A DNA stretch of 64,000 nt from a virus (lineage: Duplodnaviria; Caudoviricetes): IMG/VR virus record IMGVR_UViG_3300044655_001017. One strand, given 5' to 3'. A program made the position numbers and the translations under genes. The notes under the pieces are model-generated. The model had not been told where the DNA came from. It searched no databases and was given only the letters and a program-made list of their open reading frames with translations. Within the stretch, counting starts at the first letter, position 1; every line of letters starts with the position of its first letter. Shown one piece after another: positions 11,601 to 19,918 of this stretch.

Positions 11601-11705
11601 CGTAGTGAAACATTTTATCAAATACCAAATGGTTATAGTATTAAAGCGTCGTGTGATACACCAAATGTTATTGCGATACTATTAACCATTAAGGAGATTC
11701 AGTAA
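8604..11705 (+). CDS. 1033-aa putative receptor-binding/adhesin structural protein
   Basis: GAGGA RBS; beta-rich and aromatic-rich; shares a ~75-aa T.YYV module with 1776..8192; its termini resemble the two halves of the 8258 protein. Confidence 0.55.
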   Translation: MGRIYTAPTINKSVINNSITSTLSAVYTNATGAGAELRAVNINGLQNNATINTTASGASEWTHFGSNVNPIISYSGPSTYGVGEPYQVQLSANRVLLFFLPHSHHRCGSLDFFGGNMIHTQIVEYQTNKYVAGPIQNHTLPFAWFSDFSYNLWSKPDSGSGSWQLPCWRATALTANKVVVVCQQRSTTNSKQIMRFTITGNTVDHTVTNLDMSTQFGNNPSYPFSIETVPDNTNKVIVASGTSSGNWSAQAYNIPDTGSITAAGSIQSLGIAQSVYNIGMCKMVKTATANITPYLFAVTTAATTSQAIAFNFNSSTNAWTIAATAVTLTAVSSTHTGLECACLSTGTNVNAVIAATTGNGASDGLVTFYRQTSSTTLSNTRTQLTTQHTSMKTITEQYQWGDERVVFIGEYGCLVCYDSAGVATNLISGLNESTNTTRYSTKWYPFNSRPLYIYYDPATINAHASGNYKARINSTSSATSVGQTAHTGNYLPWGYNYGDGYAWNEPAGCWMVCQGGRIYAMNTSGVVLSEVLLSSMNATLNYLYAATQIQVTPTGRLLIGIEYGNRVHAGTSYGPHNTNGTFGNNCLALVTEAMTSYTQLPTLKSQQPLVGMSGGALCNMVYFSEQTSATNTTEMAYLLYMGSSGTYIRMGWFNGSTWSDLGNTGMNFSDGTWTIGYRPNFKLIQDTPCSATLSRGLWRIIGSYFPSSAGNYAAHGMSAAYAVAANLGSFTTTTYPLNGRSGSDSQVTQGWGTPMHVHCGSKSGTQVAMMYDEYLGMPRIYASINGRLNDWQGYYTPWAPQSVLSTNSTGNLISVASTTGMYTNMAVRFNGTAYGNITAGTTYYVLAGFTATTFSVSTIVGGSALTLSSATGSAMTVSLYTSHRWAQIVASKMGYAVTLQNTAQIDQQAFNYNFNTVDSTIHQSTQIATIGSGWIVLHRTGKNSWQLYNSTASLNNTYTAYGLPDDVKFYLTLDDNAGNVFYLNNGQTLSPSDTTTGLFRSETFYQIPNGYSIKASCDTPNVIAILLTIKEIQ

Positions 11706-12703
11706 TGTTTTTTAAGCAATTAACAAATTCTTTTGGCTTAACTAATACCACAACTGGATTTACCACTATTACAAGTTTTGGAACTGGAAGTAGTGGTACT
11801 AGCAGTGTAATACCGTTGACGAAAGATAACTGTGGACAAATCACTTATTTTAGACCAGGTACATATACTTGGGTATGCCCTGCAGGGGTTACCGCTGTAT
11901 CAGTAGTATGTATCGGTGGTGGTGGTGGTGGATACAACGGTTGGGCAAATGCTGCCGGTTCAGGTGGTGGTCTAGGCTGGAAGAATAATATCTCAGTTTC
12001 GCCAGGGGGATCTTATACTGTTGCGGTCGGTGACGGAGGTACTAAAAATGGCAATGTAGGCGCAGCTAGTTATTTCATATCTACAAGTGTTGTTGCCGGA
12101 TTCGGTGGTGGAAACGCTACATCCGGCGGAGACACTAACGGCCCAAATAAAAACGTTTATGGTGGCGGATGGGTCGGTGATGGTGGCGGCGCTGGCGGTA
12201 ACGCCAGCTACGCAGGTGGCGGCGGCGCTGGCGGATATACAGGTAATGGCGGCGGCACTAATTCTTTACCTGCGGCAAACTCAGGCGGCGCCTGCGGCGG
12301 TGGATATTATAGTTCAACATACGGTACCGGTGCTGGAGGCGGTACCGGAATTAATGGTAAAGGCGAAACCGCCAGCGGCTGGTGGCATGGTAATTTATAT
12401 ATTGGTACAACTAATATTTCTTTTAGTACTGACGCAGGTAATGGTGGAGGTGGGCAAGGCGGAAGCGGTGGTAGTAGAGGAATGAGTGGGCAAAATCCAT
12501 GGACGAGCAATGGTGAAGGAGCTAACACTAATTGTATGGGAGGATTGTATGGCGGAGGAGGCGGCGGTCCTGGTACATCCTGGCCAAGTAACCCTGGTAT
12601 AGGAGGCTGGGGCGCGGTTAAGCTAATATGGACAACTGTTCCCGTTGATTCTAATAATCCAGGAAGGCTGTTCCCATCAACAAATACGGCGGATATATCA
12701 TGA
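11705..12703 (+). CDS. Glycine-rich tail fibre tip/adhesin-like protein
   Basis: PGTYTWVCPAGVTAVSVVCIGGGGGG start, polyglycine segments, and GGWGAVKLIW...FPS end shared with the other Gly-rich tips here. Confidence 0.65.
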   Translation: MFFKQLTNSFGLTNTTTGFTTITSFGTGSSGTSSVIPLTKDNCGQITYFRPGTYTWVCPAGVTAVSVVCIGGGGGGYNGWANAAGSGGGLGWKNNISVSPGGSYTVAVGDGGTKNGNVGAASYFISTSVVAGFGGGNATSGGDTNGPNKNVYGGGWVGDGGGAGGNASYAGGGGAGGYTGNGGGTNSLPAANSGGACGGGYYSSTYGTGAGGGTGINGKGETASGWWHGNLYIGTTNISFSTDAGNGGGGQGGSGGSRGMSGQNPWTSNGEGANTNCMGGLYGGGGGGPGTSWPSNPGIGGWGAVKLIWTTVPVDSNNPGRLFPSTNTADIS

Positions 12704-13305
12704 TTAATTTATATATTAGATTAGAAAACGGCGTGCCTGTTGAACACCCAATTACTGGAAGTAATTTACAATACTTATTTCCAACTATTGATTTAGAAAA
12801 TAACTTACCGGAAAATTTTGCAAAATTTCAACGGAACCCTATTCCTGAGTTAAGTGTTTATGAAAAATTTGAAGGCACTACTTATGAATTTATTGATGGT
12901 GTAGTTCAAGATGTGCATAAAATTTCTAAAATGTCAAAAACTGAAATAAAGCAAATTCAAGATAATGTAAAAACAAATTGGAAATCTAATCCTCTTGCAT
13001 TTAAAAGTTGGAAATTTAATACAGAAACTTGTAGTTTTGAAGCACCGGTTGCGCGTCCAAATGATGGTAAATTGTATGAGTGGGATGAATTAACCGTAAA
13101 TTGGAAAATACATGATCCTGCGTCTGTAATTCCATTAACTATTGTAAACAATGAAATAGTTACTGAGATGATTGAAAACGGAACATTACCAACTGAAGTT
13201 GACCCAACAATTGTCAACGACCTAGTAATTAACGAATCTGAAACACTAGTTGATGATGTACCAGTTAATGAACCTGCGGTAACGGATACACCAGCTGCGG
13301 AATAG
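12700..13305 (+). CDS. Tail fibre assembly/chaperone-like partner protein
   Basis: 4-nt overlap with the Gly-rich gene; W.FNTETC.FEAP..RPNDG..YEWDE....W motif; acidic tail. Confidence 0.5.
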   Translation: MINLYIRLENGVPVEHPITGSNLQYLFPTIDLENNLPENFAKFQRNPIPELSVYEKFEGTTYEFIDGVVQDVHKISKMSKTEIKQIQDNVKTNWKSNPLAFKSWKFNTETCSFEAPVARPNDGKLYEWDELTVNWKIHDPASVIPLTIVNNEIVTEMIENGTLPTEVDPTIVNDLVINESETLVDDVPVNEPAVTDTPAAE

Positions 13306-13317
13306 AAGTTTACAATC

Positions 13318-13350
13318 AATCCCGCATATTTAATAGTATGCGGGATTTTT
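13318..13350 (+). terminator. Rho-independent terminator
   Basis: AATCCCGCATA-loop-TATGCGGGATT followed by a T run. Confidence 0.85.
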
Positions 13351-13366
13351 ATCAGCTTAAAAACTG

Positions 13367-13374
13367 ACTAAATA
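13367..13374 (+). promoter_or_regulatory. Late-promoter-like ACTAAATA (same motif at 14114..14121)
   Basis: TAAATA core, intergenic, upstream of two paralogous gene starts. Confidence 0.4.
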
Positions 13375-13394
13375 CAGTACAACAATGAGATATT

Positions 13395-13696
13395 ATGAAT
13401 TTTTCTAATTTTTTTTAACAGGGTTGAAAAATACTCTTAAACTCAAACGAGGGTTAAACTTATCGTATACAGGTACTGTAGTTAAAATTCCAGAAGCTAC
13501 TGTATTTGATAAATGGTCTGTTGGTGATTTTTCAAGTGCAGAATATAAAGTAGTAATTGAATACGGCCCTAATGACATTGAACATATTAATTTAACAATT
13601 ACCGCTAGAGTAAATTTTGCTAGTGTGTTAGTGTATGGCAGAATAAATTCTGGAATGTTATCCCACTTTAAACCAGTGTTTTCAGTTACTCTATAA
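13395..13696 (+). pseudogene. Frameshifted and 3'-truncated paralog of the N-terminal domain of 14131..15891
   Basis: ATG 13395 reads MNFSNFF-stop. One extra T in the T8 run (13409-13416) gives MNFSNFFLTGLKNTLKL..., which aligns with MHFTDYFKRGTHNTLQF; both have W.VGDFSSA.Y. Similarity ends near 13663. Confidence 0.65.
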
Positions 13697-14043
13697 AACA
13701 TACCAGGATTTGGAACAAATGGATCTTTAGTTTCACTGCCAGGTGCCCAGTACATACCAATTACTTTTACACCTTGCGCACGTACATGCGATTCTACTGC
13801 TTCTGTAAATTTTTGAAGATCTTCGAAACTAACTGGATGTTTTTTAAATTGATTAATAAACAGTACAACTGAAATATTTTTTACTTTTAACTTATTAAAA
13901 AATTCAGTAGAAATATCAAAAAACGTTAATGTTTCTGTTTTAATATCAGTTAATGATGGATCTATTAACGTACCATATGGGAACAATCCGATTTGTAACT
14001 CATTAGCAACAGATTGATTTAAAATATATTTGTATCGATTCAT
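13663..14043 (-). pseudogene. Truncated, degenerate HAD-IIIA (GmhB/HisB-N-like) phosphatase homolog; the ORF runs on antisense to 13405
   Basis: GLFPYGTLID replaces the DxDGT(L/I) motif; INQ, GMYWAPG and PNPGMF resemble GmhB NQ, IY.CPH and KP.PGM. After WDNIP the frame is just the antisense of the 13395 gene. Confidence 0.45.
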
Positions 14044-14130
14044 GTAAGTTTCCTATCTATCAGGTACTTATAAGTTATTGGTATATCATAGTATTAATAG
14101 TGATTATTTTTTTACTAAATACATACAATA

Positions 14131-15891
14131 ATGGAATCTAAAATGCATTTTACTGATTATTTTAAACGTGGTACACATAACACTTTGCAATTTAACAACT
14201 CGGCTAACCTGTCCTTTAAAGGGCCAGCTACAACAGTGTACGTTGATACCGAAATTGACTCGTGGTATGTTGGTGATTTTTCTAGTGCAAGTTATCACAT
14301 TACTGTAGAATTTGATTCTAACCAAAAAGAAACATTACAAGTTTTAGTTGTTGCTAGACCAGGACACGCAAGTTACACAATATTTGGACGAATTAGTATC
14401 GATGCTGAACTCATTACACTATCGGCTAGTGTAACAAACAGTAAAATGATCCTAACTGCAAACCCAGCAGACCCTGAATTTTCCGGTGCTCGTATAATAT
14501 TTACAGCTACATATTCTGAAACCATTTCACCACTAACATTACCAACTGCAGTATCAACACCATCTAATGGCGAGAATGGCGGCATACCTGTTACTATTCA
14601 ACCGTCGTTTGGTAGCATTTATGTACCAGGTCAAGATAATCTAACTGCTAGTATAGAAACAGATGCACTTACTATAATAAATGGATCAGGAATTGCTATT
14701 ACTACCAACAGTGTTAGCAAATCACTAACAATTAGTTCATCAATTAATTCTTTTAATAACTTTGTAGTTACAGGATACGCTTCGCTATCACCTTCTACAT
14801 CAACTGATACGCTGACATTTACAGCAGGAAATGGTGTTTTAATTAACCCTAATTCTTTATCAAAATCTATAACATTTTCAGCTCCGATCGCTAGCACAAC
14901 TGTGTTAGGCAGTGTAAAAGTAGATGGGTCAACTATTACGATTACCAATGGAGTGATTAGTGCTGCTAGTATTGCAGATAGTTTACCAGTTGCAACTACT
15001 TCTACATTAGGCGGAGTTAAAGTTGACGGATCTACTATTACTATTTCTAGTGACGGTGTTATTAGTTCTGCAGGCGGTTCTGGAACAGGCGGTTCTGGAA
15101 CAGGCGGATTAATTATTACTTCATTAAAAACTGCAGATTACGTTGCAACGCCATCTCAATTAGTTAATGTAGATACAACCGGCGGAAGTATTAGCGTAAC
15201 ATTACCAAGCTTGCCAACTAATGGTACAGTAGTCGGCATTATCGATTCACTAGGAAAATTTCATATTAATCCAGTGACTGTGTATCCAGGTGTAGGATCA
15301 ACTATTGAGACTGACATTTCACTATTGTTAGACGTTATTAACACTTATGTTACATTCATATACGTAGCTGCTACTACTAATTGGAGAATACAAAGCACTC
15401 CATCTGTTACAGTAAATGGAACTAACTATCAATCACTTATCGGTACTATTAATGGAATAGCTAAAGGTAACGGTGCAAATGCATTAACTGCCGCTACTCC
15501 TGGAATAGATTATGTTTCACCTGGCACATCGACTTTATTTACGAAACCACAACGACCTAGTTTATCAGATGAAATTGCTCCTGCAACAGGGTCGGTTATT
15601 TGGGATTTAACATCACACCAAATTTTTAGAATCGTACTAAGTTCTAATATTACTACATTTAACTTAACTGGAACTTTAGCGTCGTTAGTTGGATATCAAT
15701 ATGAACTGATTATACGATACACTGGCGGTAGTACAATATCATGGAATACTAATTTTAAATGGACTGCTGCAACTGCTCCGACATTAACAGGTACATCAGG
15801 TAAAACTGATATATTAACTTTTGTTGTATCATCAACAGACGGTGTTAACTTTTATCTAGTTAATACTGGTATTAAAATGAATGTGGGGTAA
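14131..15891 (+). CDS. Modular tail fibre shaft/carrier protein (start may be ATG 14143)
   Basis: Two (G/S)VKVDGSTITI repeats, one VDTTGG..SVTLP..P.NG module, a KGNGANALTAAT.G.DY motif and a C-terminal LTGTSGKTDILTF domain. Confidence 0.65.
   Translation: MESKMHFTDYFKRGTHNTLQFNNSANLSFKGPATTVYVDTEIDSWYVGDFSSASYHITVEFDSNQKETLQVLVVARPGHASYTIFGRISIDAELITLSASVTNSKMILTANPADPEFSGARIIFTATYSETISPLTLPTAVSTPSNGENGGIPVTIQPSFGSIYVPGQDNLTASIETDALTIINGSGIAITTNSVSKSLTISSSINSFNNFVVTGYASLSPSTSTDTLTFTAGNGVLINPNSLSKSITFSAPIASTTVLGSVKVDGSTITITNGVISAASIADSLPVATTSTLGGVKVDGSTITISSDGVISSAGGSGTGGSGTGGLIITSLKTADYVATPSQLVNVDTTGGSISVTLPSLPTNGTVVGIIDSLGKFHINPVTVYPGVGSTIETDISLLLDVINTYVTFIYVAATTNWRIQSTPSVTVNGTNYQSLIGTINGIAKGNGANALTAATPGIDYVSPGTSTLFTKPQRPSLSDEIAPATGSVIWDLTSHQIFRIVLSSNITTFNLTGTLASLVGYQYELIIRYTGGSTISWNTNFKWTAATAPTLTGTSGKTDILTFVVSSTDGVNFYLVNTGIKMNVG
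15071..15107 (+). repeat. 15-bp tandem repeat (CAGGCGGTTCTGGAA x2.5) encoding GGSGT linker
   Basis: Direct inspection. Confidence 0.85.
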
Positions 15892-15894
15892 TAC

Positions 15895-18570
15895 ATGTTT
15901 CCAATAGCTTCAAATTCAGAGTCTAGTTCAGAGTCTGATAGTACACTATATGTCGATGATGTCTTCAGTACACATTTGTATACAGGTACCGGAACAACAC
16001 AAAATATTAACAACGGCATTGATTTAGCTAGTAAAGGAGGAATGGTTTGGATTAAAGATAGGTCTAGATCAGGAAAAGGTCACGTACTTTTTGATACCAA
16101 TGTATATAATTCCACTGTTGGTCGCTATTTTTTAACGCCTTCGGGAACTGATAGTGGGTTAATTGCAAGTACAGCCGGGGCAACCGACGGAGTACTAAGT
16201 ACAGGAATTAATTACACGTCTTCTGGGTTTACGTTAGGCACAGATACTGCATATTCAGTTAATAACTATTACACAGCTGATAACTATGTTTCATGGACAT
16301 TCCGCAAAGCCGCGAAGTTTTTTGATGTGGTTACTTGGACTAGTACTAATTCATCCACACAAAGAACTATATCTCATAATCTGGGAATTACTCCTGGAAT
16401 GGTAATTATAAAATCTATCAATACTAATACTAATTCTTATAATGAATGGTATGTTGCTCATAGGTATAATTTAACTGCTCAAGGTTACTTAAATCAAAGT
16501 TATGCTTTTGCTGCGGGCGTTCCTATCATTACAGCATGGACTGACACGACTGTTACATTTGCTGCTAATTTCAATGAGGGGTCTGGTAACAGTTATATTG
16601 TTTACCTATACGCTCACGACACGTCATCAACTGGGATTATTCAGTGTGGGTCGTTTACGACAAACAGTTCAACAGATTCATTTGTATCCTTAGGTTGGGA
16701 ACCGCAATATGTGTTAGTTAAAAATACAGCGGTTGGCGGGTGGATTTTGTGCGACTCAATGCGAGGTATGCCTGTAGGGTCGGCAGATGCTTATTTGATG
16801 CCAAATTCAGCCAATGCTGAATCTACGAGTAACGATTATATAAACCCTTCGGCAACAGGTTTTTACCCAACATGGTTTAATTTAAATACAACAAGCACTT
16901 ACATCTACATGGCAATCCGTCGTCCAAATAAACCTCCTACAACGAGTACGCAGGTGTTTAAGCCTTATACATATACAGAAACCATTAGTGGTGAACAAAA
17001 TGTAGGGTTTACACCTGATATGGGTATTCAAATTAGGAGGTCAGGAGAAACTCACATATTATGGGATAGATTGCGTGGAAATACTGCCACACTAAGTACA
17101 GACAACACTGCTGCTGAAAATGGAGTGTATAGTGGTGTTGCTTATCCATTTGGCGGATTTACAAACAATGGGTTTATTTCGGGTTTTCTTTTTAATAATA
17201 CCGCAGGTGCATTATCTGAATTACTTTGTTTCAAACGCGCTCCTGGATTCTTTGATGTGGTTTGTTATAAGGGGACTAGCACTAATACAACACAAGCGCA
17301 TAATTTGACCGTTGTACCAGAGTTGATGATTGTTAAATGCAGAAACAATGGTAACACTTTATGGAGTGTTTATAATAGTACATTAGGAGCAACCAAGGCG
17401 TTAGACTTAAGCTCAACAGCCATTCCGGTTACAAGTTCAGCATATTGGAACAATACAACCCCCACTGCATCTATTTTCACTCTTGGAACCATCTCGTATG
17501 TTAACGAATCCCCTTTCAATTACGTTGCCTACCTATTTGCCACACTAGCTGGAATCAGCAAAGTTGGTTCTTATACAGGTAATGGTTCTAGTCAGAATAT
17601 TAACTGCGGGTTTTCTTCAAAGTATTCCGCATTTGTTTTAATTAAACGTACAGACAGCACAGGTGATTGGTATGTATGGGATACTGCTAGGGGTATTACA
17701 ACAACTAATGAGCCGCATTTATCGCTTAATACCACTGCTGCAGATGTAACAACCGATAATTCTGTAGATTTAGCAACCGGAGGTTTTACTGTTATTCAAA
17801 ATTCTGCTACTAATATCAATGTATCTAATGCAACGTATATATATCTAAGTATTGCAAGCGGTATATCATTATCAGAAGCAGTATTTACTACACCCGGAGC
17901 AACTAATTGGACTTGTCCTGCAGGAGTAACATTAGTATGTGTAGTATGCGTCGGAGGCGGTTCTACTAGTTCTTGGAATAGCGGCTACGGATATGCATCG
18001 GGCGGTGGCGGGCTCGGATGGAAAAATAATATCGCAGTTACTCCTGGACAAGTTTATAGTGTTGTAGTTGGTTCCGGAAGTGGGGATAGATCTGTTGCAG
18101 CATCTGCAGGTAACTCGTATTTTATAAATTTAGCAACAGTTGCCGGCCTTGGCGGAAGTAGTGGAGAAAGTGGAAGTAACGGCAACGGTGGTGGATTTGT
18201 CGGTGATGGCGGCGGTAATGGCGGGCACGGCGGGTCTCAGGTTCCAAATGAATGGGCAGGAGGTGGCGGAGCTGGTGGTTATTCCGGTACTGGCGGAACT
18301 GGAGGAAACGGAGGCGGATCCGGAACTGCCGGCTCGGGCGGAGCAGGCGGCGGTGGTTCCGGAGGATTTCAGGGAGGAGGAGGAGTTGGGTTATACGGTC
18401 AAGGCACTAACGGAGCAGGTGGTGGCGGTGGTGGTTCAAACGGTATTTCTGCATCCTCAACTACTGGCGGATTATACGGTGGTGGCGGTGCAGTCAGTGG
18501 CGCAGGCGGCGGCGGTGCTGTTAGAATTATCTGGGGGACTGGCAGGTCGTTCCCATCAAATGCAGCATAA
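15895..18570 (+). CDS. 891-aa tail fibre tip protein: repeated beta domains plus C-terminal Gly-rich domain
   Basis: Repeated F(D/S)(V/T)V.(Y/W)TG.G...I.HNL...P..VI(I/V)K units; C-terminal TPGATNWTCPAGVT.VCVVCVGGG...GAVRIIWGTGRSFPSN, paralogous to 11705. Confidence 0.65.
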   Translation: MFPIASNSESSSESDSTLYVDDVFSTHLYTGTGTTQNINNGIDLASKGGMVWIKDRSRSGKGHVLFDTNVYNSTVGRYFLTPSGTDSGLIASTAGATDGVLSTGINYTSSGFTLGTDTAYSVNNYYTADNYVSWTFRKAAKFFDVVTWTSTNSSTQRTISHNLGITPGMVIIKSINTNTNSYNEWYVAHRYNLTAQGYLNQSYAFAAGVPIITAWTDTTVTFAANFNEGSGNSYIVYLYAHDTSSTGIIQCGSFTTNSSTDSFVSLGWEPQYVLVKNTAVGGWILCDSMRGMPVGSADAYLMPNSANAESTSNDYINPSATGFYPTWFNLNTTSTYIYMAIRRPNKPPTTSTQVFKPYTYTETISGEQNVGFTPDMGIQIRRSGETHILWDRLRGNTATLSTDNTAAENGVYSGVAYPFGGFTNNGFISGFLFNNTAGALSELLCFKRAPGFFDVVCYKGTSTNTTQAHNLTVVPELMIVKCRNNGNTLWSVYNSTLGATKALDLSSTAIPVTSSAYWNNTTPTASIFTLGTISYVNESPFNYVAYLFATLAGISKVGSYTGNGSSQNINCGFSSKYSAFVLIKRTDSTGDWYVWDTARGITTTNEPHLSLNTTAADVTTDNSVDLATGGFTVIQNSATNINVSNATYIYLSIASGISLSEAVFTTPGATNWTCPAGVTLVCVVCVGGGSTSSWNSGYGYASGGGGLGWKNNIAVTPGQVYSVVVGSGSGDRSVAASAGNSYFINLATVAGLGGSSGESGSNGNGGGFVGDGGGNGGHGGSQVPNEWAGGGGAGGYSGTGGTGGNGGGSGTAGSGGAGGGGSGGFQGGGGVGLYGQGTNGAGGGGGGSNGISASSTTGGLYGGGGAVSGAGGGGAVRIIWGTGRSFPSNAA

Positions 18571-18593
18571 AATAAAGATAAAGGAAATAACCA

Positions 18594-19268
18594 ATGACAA
18601 TATTCCGTAGAATGACAGACGGTGCTTATCCAATAGGAGAGCAATTTATACGTAATGAAACCCCAAATACATCATTTCCGATCAACATTCCGATTGATGT
18701 ATTTTTAGACTTAGGATACGAACCGGTATTTGAAGTACCTAAACCTGAAGTAAAACAGTGGCAAATGGCTGTCGAACTTGCTCCAGTAAAAGATTCTAAA
18801 GATAAATGGATAATGGCATGGGACGTAGTTGATATGCCATTTAATGAAATTACAGATGAAAATGGAGATATACTTAAATCTAGTGATCAAGTTAGATCAG
18901 AGTATGTCGAGTATCTTAAAACTAATTTAAAAACACAAGTAACTAATATTAGATATAGCAAAGAAACTAACGGAATTACTTTAGACGATCATAATATTAA
19001 GACAGATCGTGAAAGCCAGACTATGTTGAATAACGCGTATGCTGCATTAAAATCTGAATTAATTACATCTACCGATTGGAAAATAACTGCAGATAATTGG
19101 ATTACTGTTACGTTAACAGAATTAGAACCGATTGCAAAAGCAGTTGCAGTTCATGTGTCAGCTTGTTTTAATGTAGAAAAAACACACCTAGAAGCGATTG
19201 CAGAGTTATCTACTTTTGAAGAAATAGATAAGTATAACATTAACGCTAATTGGCCACAAGGAATATAA
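18594..19268 (+). CDS. Tail fibre partner protein with DUF4376-like C-terminal domain
   Basis: Follows a tip gene; G...D...IKTDRESQ.ML....W...DN.W..VT..EL motif. Confidence 0.55.
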   Translation: MTIFRRMTDGAYPIGEQFIRNETPNTSFPINIPIDVFLDLGYEPVFEVPKPEVKQWQMAVELAPVKDSKDKWIMAWDVVDMPFNEITDENGDILKSSDQVRSEYVEYLKTNLKTQVTNIRYSKETNGITLDDHNIKTDRESQTMLNNAYAALKSELITSTDWKITADNWITVTLTELEPIAKAVAVHVSACFNVEKTHLEAIAELSTFEEIDKYNINANWPQGI

Positions 19269-19904
19269 ATGTCAATAAGTCAAAAACCTTTACGATCTGA
19301 AGCAGGATTTTCTAGTCCGGGATTTAATGTTGATACATCTGGTAATGTTAATATTACTGGATTGTTTAAAATAAACAATGTGTCAATTGCCGGCGGCATA
19401 TCGCTACCCAGTACAACTATTTTTAGTAGTTTAACTAGCGTAGGTACACTTACAAATCTCACAGTTAGTGGAAATACTACTATATCAAATGGTACTGTTA
19501 CGATTTCGTCAACAGGTACAATTACACTAACTTCTAGTGTAACTGGATCAATGAATAATGTTGCAATTGGAAATATATCACCATCTACTGGTGGGTTTAC
19601 TACATTAACAGCAAGTACGATAACAAATACAGGTGGATTAACTATCAGTCCTAATGCGTTAACTATCAGTCCTAATGCGTTAACTATCAGTCCTATAGCT
19701 AGCGGTACTATAAATAACGTAAATATAGGTAATACAGATCCAGGAACAGGTAAGTTTACTACGCTTACTGTTACTTCTATCCCAACAAATAACACAGATG
19801 CTACAACAAAATTATACGTAGATAACTCAGTTAACACGTTAGAAACTACTATAAAATCGTATGTAGACACCAAATCAATTGCATTAGCAGTTGCGCTTGG
19901 ATAA
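19269..19904 (+). CDS. Short fibre/structural protein
   Basis: T(G/A)GFTTLT and TGKFTTLT repeats; ends TKLYVD...KSYVDTKSIALAVALG. Confidence 0.55.
   Translation: MSISQKPLRSEAGFSSPGFNVDTSGNVNITGLFKINNVSIAGGISLPSTTIFSSLTSVGTLTNLTVSGNTTISNGTVTISSTGTITLTSSVTGSMNNVAIGNISPSTGGFTTLTASTITNTGGLTISPNALTISPNALTISPIASGTINNVNIGNTDPGTGKFTTLTVTSIPTNNTDATTKLYVDNSVNTLETTIKSYVDTKSIALAVALG
19638..19695 (+). repeat. 21-bp tandem repeat x2.8 encoding LTISPNA
   Basis: TTAACTATCAGTCCTAATGCG twice, plus TTAACTATCAGTCCTA. Confidence 0.9.
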
Positions 19905-19918
19905 TAATGGAGAAATAA

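Noticed and set aside
13405-13662. C-terminal ~85 aa of the 212-aa minus-strand ORF as real protein
   Set aside because: It is the antisense of the plus-strand fibre-family paralog, whose reading has clear homology to 14131.
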